The translations under genes and the position numbers were made by a program. This document shows positions 30,599 to 40,630 of a stretch of DNA of 64,000 bases, piece by piece (positions within the stretch are counted from its first letter, which is position 1; every line of letters begins with the position of its first letter). Below the pieces are notes generated by a model, which did not search any database, was not told the DNA's origin, and saw only the letters and a program-made list of their open reading frames with translations. The DNA is from a virus (taxonomy: Duplodnaviria > Heunggongvirae > Uroviricota > Caudoviricetes). Location of the stretch: the IMG/VR virus record IMGVR_UViG_3300012983_000030; one strand, given 5' to 3'.

Positions 30599-31493
30599 GT
30601 ATAAAATCAGTTATAATTAGTTTTAAAGCTTCAAATTCGGTTTGATTATTTGGCATACCAAATCTAGTAAAAGTATGATTATCAACAACGAATTTATGAC
30701 AAGGTATATTACTAATAACATCTCCATAAAGAGTTATAAAGTTATTAGTTACATAATCTATAGAAGAAGTCAGTTGTATTAATTCTTCTTTATATCTAGG
30801 TTTATCTATATCAAAATCAGTGTTCATTAACCAAGAAAACGCTAAACTATTTATATATTGTTCTCTTTGTAAAGACATTTTATGATGTAAAGATTTTGGA
30901 TAAATAGCAAAACCCAAACGTAAACCACATCCAATTAATTTATCGAAAGAACCAACTATGATATTTTTTGGATTTTTTAATAAAATCTCAATGCTTTGTT
31001 TCATACAATCTATATTTTGGTAAGTTATATCACATATATTATATTTAGCGGTACTTTCATCTAAATCTTTAATTAAACAGTCATATTCAAAACAAGTTGT
31101 TATACCGCAATTTGAATATAAGACATCTGTTTTTGTATTATAAAAGTCTATTGGAGTTTTGAAACTATTATCTGTTTTATCATAGGTAAATTGTTTATAG
31201 ATAGGCTTGATATCCAAAGCTTCACAATATACTTCTAACATCCTCCATGTTGGACCAGCCCAGCATAATGTTTTTGGTTTTAATGCTAATAACACATTCT
31301 TCATTGTATTTTCACAACCATTGCCTAAAAAGAAAGTATCAGGTTGCAAATTAAAGAGTTCACCAAATTTTTTATAAGCATAATACATATCTGGATATAA
31401 TCGAACATTAGTTGTAAGATATGTATCTTCTCCTGGTTCATTTTGTGTAGATAAACCATAGTTTCTTTGTTTATAAGCTTCTCTTTTTATCAT
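30576..31493 (-). CDS. PLP-dependent enzyme, class I/II aminotransferase (HisC/CobD-like)
   Basis: GNGCE, D..Y, SFDK..G.GLRLGF with the PLP lysine. Confidence 0.75.
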   Translation of the reverse strand: MIKREAYKQRNYGLSTQNEPGEDTYLTTNVRLYPDMYYAYKKFGELFNLQPDTFFLGNGCENTMKNVLLALKPKTLCWAGPTWRMLEVYCEALDIKPIYKQFTYDKTDNSFKTPIDFYNTKTDVLYSNCGITTCFEYDCLIKDLDESTAKYNICDITYQNIDCMKQSIEILLKNPKNIIVGSFDKLIGCGLRLGFAIYPKSLHHKMSLQREQYINSLAFSWLMNTDFDIDKPRYKEELIQLTSSIDYVTNNFITLYGDVISNIPCHKFVVDNHTFTRFGMPNNQTEFEALKLIITDFIHDRLYNK

Positions 31494-32298
31494 TTTCCCA
31501 CCATTTTACAAAATTATCACCAATCATCATACCGTTTATATCACATATTTCACAACATTTAAAGCATTGTCTACCTTTAGCAGAAAGCATACCTTTTCTT
31601 TTCTCTTCTAATATATTTACAAAATAATCGTAGATTGAAGTATTGAAAATATTATATTCAGAAACGCTATGATTATTCCAGTCTGCTTCACATTGTAGAT
31701 AATTACCTGTTGTATCTATAAATATTTTATAAAAAGGATAATTACATCTAGTATTTAATTTTACTTTTTTTGTATTTAAATATCCCGCTCTATTGTAAAT
31801 ATTCATTTGTGGATTTTGCATATCATGATTTCTAAACCAAGCTTTGGTATTTTTGAATTTTTCTTTATATTCATTAATTTTATTCCATTCGTGTACAGAA
31901 ATTTTAATTTGAATGGATGGTCCATAATTTTCTATTTCTTCCCAATCTTCTTTTTTTAATAAAGTACCATTAGATACAATAACTATTTTAAAATTACTCA
32001 ATTCTTTTATAATTTGTTTAAAGTTAGGATTTAATGAAGGTTCACCGAATCCAGCTGTACAAATATATCCTTTATAATTAATATTCATTAAGTATTCTTT
32101 TATTTTTAAAATATTATCTAAAGGCATAAATGTTGGATTATTTGTTTTCCAACCTAAAGATTGAGGACAAAATGGACATCTGAAATTACAAATATTTGAT
32201 AAATTTAATTCAATACTACGTAAACAATCAATAGTAGTTTTGACTTCTACATTCTCTACATCATTTTTCCAAGTATTCATTAAAATAGGATTTTCCAT
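31471..32298 (-). CDS. radical SAM protein with Twitch-like domain
   Basis: CNFRCPFC, GFGEP, NRAG, C.YPF..I.ID..G.Y..C..DW...CEIC. Confidence 0.92.
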   Translation of the reverse strand: MENPILMNTWKNDVENVEVKTTIDCLRSIELNLSNICNFRCPFCPQSLGWKTNNPTFMPLDNILKIKEYLMNINYKGYICTAGFGEPSLNPNFKQIIKELSNFKIVIVSNGTLLKKEDWEEIENYGPSIQIKISVHEWNKINEYKEKFKNTKAWFRNHDMQNPQMNIYNRAGYLNTKKVKLNTRCNYPFYKIFIDTTGNYLQCEADWNNHSVSEYNIFNTSIYDYFVNILEEKRKGMLSAKGRQCFKCCEICDINGMMIGDNFVKWWENDKKRSL

Positions 32299-33054
32299 CT
32301 ATATAACCTTATTTTTATAGTCTATCTTATCATTTGATATAACAATACAAGCTGGAATAGAAGGAAGATTTAAGTATAATGCTGCAAAAACTCGACAATT
32401 ACATGCTATAGGATATAACATATTATTATCGGTGAGTAAAAAACAAAGAGGATACTTAAAACCTTCTTCAGAAAATTTTTGTATCCAATATTCAACCTCT
32501 CCTATTTCTTTCCTTGTAGATATCCATTTATTTTTATTTGTTATATAATTTATTTGATCGAAGCTACTAATGATTCTATCAAAGTTTTTTAAATTTATAA
32601 ATTGTATAAAATTGTCTTTGATTTGAACAAATTTTTCTTCTTTAAATAAACTATAATTATTTTTTAGATTCTCAATATTAAGAACTAAATCGGTAGGAGT
32701 TGGTAAAACAGCATCTTTAAACTTATTTATACTTTTATAATATATACCAAAATTAATATTTATGTCAGTATTAATACTACTATATAAAGTTTTATCTAAA
32801 TGAATAGTATTGTTATCTATAACATAATAATTAAAACCTGGATTTAATGAGCATATATCAGTTACTTCATCATTTTCTGAATGCCACTCGATTTTATTTT
32901 TAAATAAATTGTCAGTTAAATTAATACATGTATCGTATCTATACACTAGTCGTGTTAAAAAATTCCCAAAATCTTTTCTATCATATTTTTTGATATCTAA
33001 TTTTGGGAATAATTCGTTTTTTTCTATGTAATTAGCTATTTCTGTATAATGCAT
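32299..33054 (-). CDS. protein with C-terminal ParB/Srx-like motif
   Basis: GFKYPL...NCRVFAALYLNLPSIPACI. Confidence 0.5.
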   Translation of the reverse strand: MHYTEIANYIEKNELFPKLDIKKYDRKDFGNFLTRLVYRYDTCINLTDNLFKNKIEWHSENDEVTDICSLNPGFNYYVIDNNTIHLDKTLYSSINTDININFGIYYKSINKFKDAVLPTPTDLVLNIENLKNNYSLFKEEKFVQIKDNFIQFINLKNFDRIISSFDQINYITNKNKWISTRKEIGEVEYWIQKFSEEGFKYPLCFLLTDNNMLYPIACNCRVFAALYLNLPSIPACIVISNDKIDYKNKVI

Positions 33055-34070
33055 TATGGAATCATAAAATATGGTTTTAAAAATTCATTTAATTTTTCTT
33101 TATTTACTTCTGGTTTAATGTAATATGAAAAATCATAACTTGCAAAAGGTTCACTAATTATACATGCTGGAATAGATGGTAATCCTAAATATTTGGCAAT
33201 AAGTAGTCTCTTATTTGAAAATAAAGGTAATAATGAACCATCTTTTAATAATTTGAATTGTATTACTTTCTTTAGACCATTTTTTGCAACATCTTTTGCT
33301 AAAACATTTAATTTTGTTTGATTTGCACAGCTGTGACCATAATAAATACTTTCTTCAGTATTATAAATTAAAAATTTATTGTCAACAATATGATTTGTAT
33401 AAAATTCTTTAGGTAAGTTTATATACAAATAATTATAATCAAAATATTTATCTTCTAATGCTTTAAATATACCAAATTTAGTTTCTTTTAATTTAGAAAA
33501 TGTACAAACTTCTGGAATATATTCAAAATGTAATGTATTCTGTACTGTTTTTCCAAAATTTTTAAAGATTTCATAATCTTTTATTCGTTTTGCATAATTA
33601 TAAACAGTAATTTTTACATTAATTGTAGTTTCATCATTTAAATAGTGATAAATAGTCTGTGGAATAACCAATGTATCAGTAATCGCATAGTATATCATTC
33701 CATCATAAAAATAGTCTTTTAGCTTATTGAAATTCTGTTCTGTTATTTCATCATTTTCATTAATGATTACATTTTCAAATTGATTTAAAAAATCTTTTTT
33801 TATTTCAAAATATGCACTTTCAGAAACTGATTGACAATCCTGTTGATTGTTAATGCTCAATGGACATGTATCTAATTCCAATTCTGGACTATATTCAGAA
33901 GTACCTAATTTGCTAACAACAAAATTACGATAATCTTGTTCACTTGAATATGTTATTGGAGAGATATCTTTAGTTTCTGCATATATATCATCACCTTCTA
34001 CATATGCAATATCGTCATTATATTTAAGATCTTCATCTTTTAATATAGATACATCTAACATTTTACTCAT
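33054..34070 (-). CDS. protein with C-terminal ParB/Srx-like motif (paralog of 32299-33054)
   Basis: NGLKKVI...NKRLLIAKYLGLPSIPACI; LPSIPACI is identical in both. Confidence 0.5.
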   Translation of the reverse strand: MSKMLDVSILKDEDLKYNDDIAYVEGDDIYAETKDISPITYSSEQDYRNFVVSKLGTSEYSPELELDTCPLSINNQQDCQSVSESAYFEIKKDFLNQFENVIINENDEITEQNFNKLKDYFYDGMIYYAITDTLVIPQTIYHYLNDETTINVKITVYNYAKRIKDYEIFKNFGKTVQNTLHFEYIPEVCTFSKLKETKFGIFKALEDKYFDYNYLYINLPKEFYTNHIVDNKFLIYNTEESIYYGHSCANQTKLNVLAKDVAKNGLKKVIQFKLLKDGSLLPLFSNKRLLIAKYLGLPSIPACIISEPFASYDFSYYIKPEVNKEKLNEFLKPYFMIP

Positions 34071-34788
34071 AACTTAAATTATCCTTAATAAATTGTTCTA
34101 AACCATCCACAAATTGAGTCCATTCTTCTGGTTGATTCATACCATATAATAAAGTATTAAAAGGTGTATAAATACCTATTGTCTCAAATAATTCATTATT
34201 AGTTTCTGTAAAAACATCATCATAGAAAATAGCTTCTGTTTGTACTTCATCATTAAATAATTCAATAAAAAGAGCTTCTTTAATTAAACCACAAATGTTG
34301 TTATTTATAACTATGCCTTTTTCATGTTTTACATCTTTTAAATCTAATGTAGTATCTTCAAAATCTAATCTAGAAATAGGATATAGAGGCAAAGAATATA
34401 TAAATGTAAGTAATTTCATTAAAAACGATTGATTATTTTTAATGAAGATTTCAATTTCGTTATCATTTAAAATAGATTTCGTTTCAAAATATTGATGAGT
34501 GTATATACTCAAAACTTTTATTAAAGTATTGTTGATTTCTTTAATATTATAAATAATATCACCTTCTAAATAAAACTTAATAAAAGCTTCTTTAAAAGAA
34601 TATTCACATTTTGAAAAATCTAAATCTACATCAAAGTTTGTATTTCTTAAGTAGATATATGAAATTCTAACATTATCTTCTGAATTTATTCCAGGGTAGT
34701 TAATATTACTCATATCAACTATTGCCCCTTTTTCTTTTATTTCATTCATAATGTTAAAATCATAAGGTAAATTAGTAAGTATTTTCAA
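34063..34788 (-). CDS. hypothetical accessory protein of the radical SAM cluster
   Basis: TTG start with AAGGAG RBS; directly follows the candidate substrate gene. Confidence 0.7.
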   Translation of the reverse strand: MKILTNLPYDFNIMNEIKEKGAIVDMSNINYPGINSEDNVRISYIYLRNTNFDVDLDFSKCEYSFKEAFIKFYLEGDIIYNIKEINNTLIKVLSIYTHQYFETKSILNDNEIEIFIKNNQSFLMKLLTFIYSLPLYPISRLDFEDTTLDLKDVKHEKGIVINNNICGLIKEALFIELFNDEVQTEAIFYDDVFTETNNELFETIGIYTPFNTLLYGMNQPEEWTQFVDGLEQFIKDNLSYE

Positions 34789-34800
34789 AATTTTCTCCTT

Positions 34801-35490
34801 TTATCGTCTAGATCTCTGATCATGACAATTACTATGACAATTCAAATGACAAGTATACATATTATATGTTAATTGATTTCCAGTATAACAAGTATTATAC
34901 CAAGAATTATAACAGTTAGTTACAGTATTATTAAAAGAAGCAGCAGTTATTTTAGCACCTGCTGTAATTCCACTGTTTGCAGGATTAAGTGTTATAGATG
35001 TTGTACCTTCTCTAGTCCAAAATTTACTTGGATTACCATTTGCACTATCTGCACCACCGGTTACTGCTGGAAATGTATTATTAAATACTGCTCTTCCAGA
35101 TATTTGACTTTTTAAAACACGTGTACCATATTCATTATGATACCAATTTGCATTAAAATATCTTATCTTATTTAAAGCTTGTGTTACAGAAAGCATGCTT
35201 GACCAAAGAGTACTCGCTTTTATAATTGTATCTGAAATAGTTAAACTAGGAGCAGTTTTAGCATTAAACTGAGCTGTTTCAATAGCTTGTTGTGGATTAG
35301 TAAAATAAGTAGTTTGTGTTGTAGTAGTATAATCTACATTAGCAGTTGCTGCAAATTGAGGTAAATTTCCAGTATGGTATGTAGCAAAATTATAAATAGG
35401 TGTAGATACTCTAGCATTAAAATCGTTTATGCAGCCAATTACGCTTCCAGATGTAGCTTTTCTAATTACTTGTCCTGCTGTTACAGTCAT
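34801..35490 (-). CDS. candidate radical-SAM substrate protein with C-terminal (CHxN)-repeat tail
   Basis: T/N/A/S-rich body ending in TCHLNCHSNCHDQRSRR. Confidence 0.65.
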   Translation of the reverse strand: MTVTAGQVIRKATSGSVIGCINDFNARVSTPIYNFATYHTGNLPQFAATANVDYTTTTQTTYFTNPQQAIETAQFNAKTAPSLTISDTIIKASTLWSSMLSVTQALNKIRYFNANWYHNEYGTRVLKSQISGRAVFNNTFPAVTGGADSANGNPSKFWTREGTTSITLNPANSGITAGAKITAASFNNTVTNCYNSWYNTCYTGNQLTYNMYTCHLNCHSNCHDQRSRR

Positions 35491-36390
35491 TTATTTCTCC
35501 ATACTTTCTATTATTTTATATAAACCTGAACAGTATGGTTTTTTAAAATCTACTAAATGCTCAGCTTTACATTTTTTATAATACTTACATAAATTACATT
35601 GTTCAAAATATAATTTTTCTTCTATTTTACAGTGTTTTTCCCATTCGGTTAAAGAGTTAAATTCTATATTTTGTTCAATATCACCATTATATATAATGGA
35701 ACTATAATTACCGCTTGGATTTATAAATAGAAAACTATTCATTGTTGGAACATATTTGTCATCATTTAATATAATTTTATTAGTTATTTCAAAGCTATAA
35801 TTACCTTCACTATGATATTTTAATATATCATATAAAAATTTTACATATTCTTTTGTTGTAATATTATATTTGAATGAATTGTTGATTGAAGGATGATATT
35901 GAATGAAAAAAACGTCATGACCTAATTTTTCATAAAAATCTAATAAATCTTTTGTGTTTTTATTTAATATAGATGGTAAAACAACTATTGCTAATTCATG
36001 TTTAGTTTTTAGTTGTCGTAAATTATATAAAGTATTTTTATAATTATCTCTTTCTTCATTTAAAGAAATAGATACAGGTATATTATATTGATTACAAAAA
36101 TCAATGAATTTTATATTTGAAAGATTTGTAACAAAAGAAATATTATACTTTTCTAATAGTTTTATTAATCGTAAAAGATATTCATTTGGCAATAAAGATA
36201 TTTCTCCACCATATATTGAAATATGATGAATATTATATTGGTCTTCTAATTCAATCAAGCGCTCTTTTAGTATATTTAAATCTAAGACAGTTTTATCTTT
36301 TTTTAAATCACCAAGATAACAATATCTACAGTTAAAATTACAATAAAAAGATGGAATTATTGAGAGTTGTAAGGGTTTTTTTGTATCCAT
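35491..36390 (-). CDS. radical SAM protein
   Basis: CNFNCRYC, YGGEISLL, C-terminal CxxC...C..EH...CSG. Confidence 0.93.
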   Translation of the reverse strand: MDTKKPLQLSIIPSFYCNFNCRYCYLGDLKKDKTVLDLNILKERLIELEDQYNIHHISIYGGEISLLPNEYLLRLIKLLEKYNISFVTNLSNIKFIDFCNQYNIPVSISLNEERDNYKNTLYNLRQLKTKHELAIVVLPSILNKNTKDLLDFYEKLGHDVFFIQYHPSINNSFKYNITTKEYVKFLYDILKYHSEGNYSFEITNKIILNDDKYVPTMNSFLFINPSGNYSSIIYNGDIEQNIEFNSLTEWEKHCKIEEKLYFEQCNLCKYYKKCKAEHLVDFKKPYCSGLYKIIESMEK

Positions 36391-37520
36391 TTTTTATATC
36401 TTTCTTTTATTTCAGGATTTTCTTCAATATATTTATGAGCACGTTTATATGGACAATCAGTTGGAGTAAAACCTTCAAATACAACAGAAACCCAACATGG
36501 CATTTGACAAGTTTTATAATATTCACAATTTAAACAACCTCTTTTCATCATACCAAGAGATAATTTTATATCGCTCACATTTTCTTCAGTAATTATATCT
36601 GCGTATTTACCATAAAACATTTCTGCCGGTAAAATAGATGCTCTTTTTACACAATCTACTGTCGCTTGACCATTTGAATATTGTACACAAGTTTTACAAT
36701 CACAATAGTGTTGAGGTATATAGATTCCTTCATTTATAGTTGTGTTTACTAAATTACTAATAACATTTATATAATATAAATCATTATCTAAACCCCATTT
36801 AAAAAATGTAAATAAATCATCATCATTTGGTAATAATTCTTTCCAATTTGGATTAGCGGTATAAAAATTTATATCATATCTTTCATTAAAATCTAGTCTA
36901 TCTAAATCAGATTTTCCAGATACATATTCTTCTATTGTCTTTTTAGTTAAAGTAATTGATAAACAATTAAAGCATTTCATTTCGTGAAAATATTTTACGT
37001 TAGATATCATTAATTCTTTTTGCTTTTCAGAAGAAAATCTACCACTAGGATCATAGCTGAAACCTATTGTACCATTTGAATATTTTAATATATCTAGTAC
37101 TCTATCACGTTTTGTAAATACTCCGTTTGTTAACCAAGAGTATTTCAGTGTTATTTTTGGAAATTCTGTTTTAAACAAGTTATTAAAAGTATCTACAAAA
37201 TTTTTATATTCTTGAAACAATGAATCTGGCAAACCATCAAAAAATAGCTCACCTCCCCATAACCGAACATTAACTTCTTGTATATTAGGATATTGTTTAA
37301 AATCTTTTCGTACAGCTTTCATTACTTCAAAAGGAATATTTCTAATATAATTTAAATCAATTTTATTATTTCTATGTCCTTCGAAACAAAATTTACATTT
37401 TAAGTTACAAGCTTCAAATAAAGAGCAAGCTATTTCATAAGATTTTGGATCTTTATAAAAAGGTATTTTAGGTAATTCAGATGGCATATCAATATTACTT
37501 ATATCTAATAACTTACTCAT
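36357..37520 (-). CDS. radical SAM/SPASM protein
   Basis: CNLKCKFC, WGGE, C-terminal CLNCEYYKTCQMPC. Confidence 0.93.
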   Translation of the reverse strand: MSKLLDISNIDMPSELPKIPFYKDPKSYEIACSLFEACNLKCKFCFEGHRNNKIDLNYIRNIPFEVMKAVRKDFKQYPNIQEVNVRLWGGELFFDGLPDSLFQEYKNFVDTFNNLFKTEFPKITLKYSWLTNGVFTKRDRVLDILKYSNGTIGFSYDPSGRFSSEKQKELMISNVKYFHEMKCFNCLSITLTKKTIEEYVSGKSDLDRLDFNERYDINFYTANPNWKELLPNDDDLFTFFKWGLDNDLYYINVISNLVNTTINEGIYIPQHYCDCKTCVQYSNGQATVDCVKRASILPAEMFYGKYADIITEENVSDIKLSLGMMKRGCLNCEYYKTCQMPCWVSVVFEGFTPTDCPYKRAHKYIEENPEIKERYKKWIQKNPYNSQ

Positions 37521-38310
37521 TTATTACTCTTTCATATAATTTTTTAGGAAAGCTACACACATGTTGTAATTTACAAGGTTTACATTTTCCAGCTAATTTA
37601 CAAGTTAAACATTCTTTTAATACGAACTCTTTTTCGTTTTGAGGACAACCTCTTTTTAGTTCTCCATTTGGATATAAAGTAAAAATATTATCGCAATCAC
37701 AATTCCAATTTAGTACTCTATCCTTGATTATATTTTTAAATTTAAATTTCCATTCTTTGTCTATTTTACATAACCATTCATCGGCTTGTATGTGTAAATC
37801 ATTTTTTATATTATAATCAATCAGATGTTCGAATAAAATTCCTTCTATTGCATTATAATTATTCCATTCATATAAATATTTTAGAAAACTTGATATTTCT
37901 AAATCAATTAAATCTTTTGTCATAGTTATTAAAACAATACATTTCATATCATATTTTTCTAATAACTTTAAATTATTTAGCCAAAGTGTATATTGTTTAT
38001 CAGTGAATCGTTGCAAATTCCAAGAAGTTGCTATGGAAATCTCTTTTTGTTTTAATATTTTAATAATATTTTCGTCTAGCAATAACAAATTGGTTGAAAT
38101 AGATGTAATTTTATTACTATTAATCAATTTTAAATATCTGTCTTTGTGTAAAAGAGGTTCACCTCCGAATAATACATTTTCTGAAAAATTAGTTTCAGAA
38201 AAAGCTTTGTAAAAAGAATTTTCATTGAAATCATCTTTTCGTAAATGTAATTCACAATGCGGGCAGTTTAGATTACATGTAAAATTAGGAATGATGTATA
38301 ATTTGCTCAT
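37513..38310 (-). CDS. radical SAM/SPASM protein
   Basis: CNLNCPHC, FGGEP, TSWN..RFT, Cys-rich C-terminus. Confidence 0.93.
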   Translation of the reverse strand: MSKLYIIPNFTCNLNCPHCELHLRKDDFNENSFYKAFSETNFSENVLFGGEPLLHKDRYLKLINSNKITSISTNLLLLDENIIKILKQKEISIATSWNLQRFTDKQYTLWLNNLKLLEKYDMKCIVLITMTKDLIDLEISSFLKYLYEWNNYNAIEGILFEHLIDYNIKNDLHIQADEWLCKIDKEWKFKFKNIIKDRVLNWNCDCDNIFTLYPNGELKRGCPQNEKEFVLKECLTCKLAGKCKPCKLQHVCSFPKKLYERVINE

Positions 38311-39217
38311 TTTTTATCTTTTCATATAATTTTTTAGGAAAAGTACATTTTTCTTGAATATTACATCCACCCTTACAAATAGGATAATATTCACATTGGT
38401 AACAAAAAGGTTTTTGAGGCTCATATTCATAATAAGGACAACCATCTTTTAAATAACCGTTTGGCATAATAGTAGTTGTAGTTTTACAGTAATTTTTCCA
38501 AATACGTTTACCTTCAATAATTTGTTTAATTTCATTAAAAATTAAATTTAATGGCTTTTTAAATTTCCAAATATCATATAATTCACATAACCATTTGTCA
38601 ACAGCTTCAAAATCATTAGTTAAATCACCAATCATTTGTTTTAAATCAATATTTCTACATTTTTCCCAAGAACAAACCAAGTTATAAAAATCTAATGGAT
38701 TCATCTGAATTAAATCTTTAGTTAATGTAATCATAACAGAATATGAAATATTGTTATCATTTAAAATTTTTAATTGTTTTAACCAATGCTGATATTGTTC
38801 ATTAGTAAAACGTTTTGGATTCCAAGATGTATTTACATCTTCTACTTTTTTCATTAACTTTATTTTATAGGGAGTTAATTTAGAAAGTAAATTTGTAGAT
38901 AAAATAATTCTAGTATTATCAAAAAATTCTTCAAATATTTTTAACTCTTCATCTTTTAATAGTAGTGGTTCACCACCAAATAAATTAAAAGTTAATGTTT
39001 CATCATTTACCATACGAATAAAACGCATAGTATTATATACTTTATCTAAATAACGTTGAGGAGTAATATCTTTTAATGTACAATGAGGACAATTAAGATT
39101 ACAAGTAAAATCAAAACAAACAAATATTTCTTTCATTTGTTGTAATCTATTAATTTCAAATGTATCTAGAGGTTTACCCATATTATAATGAGTTATACCA
39201 TTTATCATATTTTCCAT
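38285..39217 (-). CDS. radical SAM/SPASM protein (paralog of 37513-38310)
   Basis: CNLNCPHC, FGGEP, TSWNPKRFT, CYQCEYYPICKGGC, CTFPKKLYE. Confidence 0.93.
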   Translation of the reverse strand: MENMINGITHYNMGKPLDTFEINRLQQMKEIFVCFDFTCNLNCPHCTLKDITPQRYLDKVYNTMRFIRMVNDETLTFNLFGGEPLLLKDEELKIFEEFFDNTRIILSTNLLSKLTPYKIKLMKKVEDVNTSWNPKRFTNEQYQHWLKQLKILNDNNISYSVMITLTKDLIQMNPLDFYNLVCSWEKCRNIDLKQMIGDLTNDFEAVDKWLCELYDIWKFKKPLNLIFNEIKQIIEGKRIWKNYCKTTTTIMPNGYLKDGCPYYEYEPQKPFCYQCEYYPICKGGCNIQEKCTFPKKLYEKIKNEQIIHHS

Positions 39218-40161
39218 TGTGCCTCCAGAATCTTATTTTTTCTTTTTAACATTTCTTCACAATGGTTTAAAGTGAGTTTATTTGTATTTCTATTCATTTT
39301 ACAAGCGTTACAAAACTTAAATAATTCACAATATAAACATTTATCATTTATAACTTCATCAATTGGAATATTATTTTCTATAGGAGGTACTCTATCTGTA
39401 TCCAGTGGGATACGAAAACCTTCATTTGCACAATCTTCACAGTTACTATATTGAATAGCGTTATTATTATCTAACCAAAAAACTCTAATAGTAGATTCAC
39501 ATAAAAGATTAGTATTAAATCCACATCCACCTTCATAAAATTGTATTTGAGAATCTAAATATTCTTCTAATCCCAATTCTTTTATTTTTAACCAAATATC
39601 AACCATTTTATAACGAGGGTAGAAATCTTTTGATTTTCCCATAGCAGATAATGGATTTAATTTACATTTAGTATTTAATTTTTTAGCCAAATATACATGA
39701 TCTAAAGCTTTTTCTTCATTTTCATTTGTTATTACTGAAATAAATGAGGGTACGTAACCTACTTTTTCTTTAAATAATGTCATTACTTCTATAAATTTAG
39801 CTTCTGTATAAGGAGTATTTTTATCCCATAATCTACCAGTACCATATTGAAAAGATGTACAAATTCCAATACGGTTATTTTTAAATAGATTTGTCCATTT
39901 AGAAGGATTTAGATAAAAGTCTTTTAAATTGGTAGTAAATGAAATATTCCAATCACCTAAAGTAAGTAATTCTTCATAATAAGAAGGAGACATCATTAAA
40001 GGATCTCCTCCAGTAATGATTAAATTATCAGGTTTTATAGTAAAAAGGACTTGTTTTAATTCAGAAGGAACTTTAGTTATAGTCTTTATTTTTAATAAAC
40101 CAGCACTGCAAAAATTGCAGTTAAAATTACATCTAGATGTCGGTTTAATTATCAATTCCAT
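39205..40161 (-). CDS. radical SAM/SPASM protein
   Basis: LIIKPTSRCNFNCNFC, GGDP, CLYCELFKFCNAC. Confidence 0.93.
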   Translation of the reverse strand: MELIIKPTSRCNFNCNFCSAGLLKIKTITKVPSELKQVLFTIKPDNLIITGGDPLMMSPSYYEELLTLGDWNISFTTNLKDFYLNPSKWTNLFKNNRIGICTSFQYGTGRLWDKNTPYTEAKFIEVMTLFKEKVGYVPSFISVITNENEEKALDHVYLAKKLNTKCKLNPLSAMGKSKDFYPRYKMVDIWLKIKELGLEEYLDSQIQFYEGGCGFNTNLLCESTIRVFWLDNNNAIQYSNCEDCANEGFRIPLDTDRVPPIENNIPIDEVINDKCLYCELFKFCNACKMNRNTNKLTLNHCEEMLKRKNKILEAQWKI

Positions 40162-40554
40162 TTATAAATCCACTAAAAATTCTTTTTTACAGTAAGCTAT
40201 TGTTTTTTCTATAGAAGGATATTTCCAAACATTACCTATTTTCAATAATATATAGTCATATCCTTTTTTATATCTAGAATACGTATATTCTTTGAAGTAT
40301 TTATCATCAGGTAACAATTCTTCATCATCTAATAATTCATAAAAAGGTATATTAAATAATTCTTCTAACACTTTAGCATAAACAATTGCCACAAAAATAC
40401 TTTTTGCTGGATATATTAATTTTGATTCAGTTTTAAAAAATTTAATTACTTGTTGATTTATTCGTTTAAAATCAACAGTATATTCTAAATTAACATCATC
40501 CCATTCATTTATTGAATAAGATAATAACCTTCTTTGTTTTAAATCATTTCGCAT
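40162..40554 (-). CDS. hypothetical protein heading the left radical-SAM operon
   Basis: 130-aa ORF abutting the first rSAM gene. Confidence 0.7.
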   Translation of the reverse strand: MRNDLKQRRLLSYSINEWDDVNLEYTVDFKRINQQVIKFFKTESKLIYPAKSIFVAIVYAKVLEELFNIPFYELLDDEELLPDDKYFKEYTYSRYKKGYDYILLKIGNVWKYPSIEKTIAYCKKEFLVDL

Positions 40555-40630
40555 GAGGTTTAGAACTTTAACAAAGATAGAGTTCTTTAAATAAAAGTTC
40601 TAGTAAATATATTAAAAAAGAAGGAAATTC
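40555..40630. promoter_or_regulatory. divergent promoter region with back-to-back GTTCTA motifs
   Basis: TAGAAC at 40561-40566 (minus-strand GTTCTA) and GTTCTA at 40597-40602. Confidence 0.55.
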
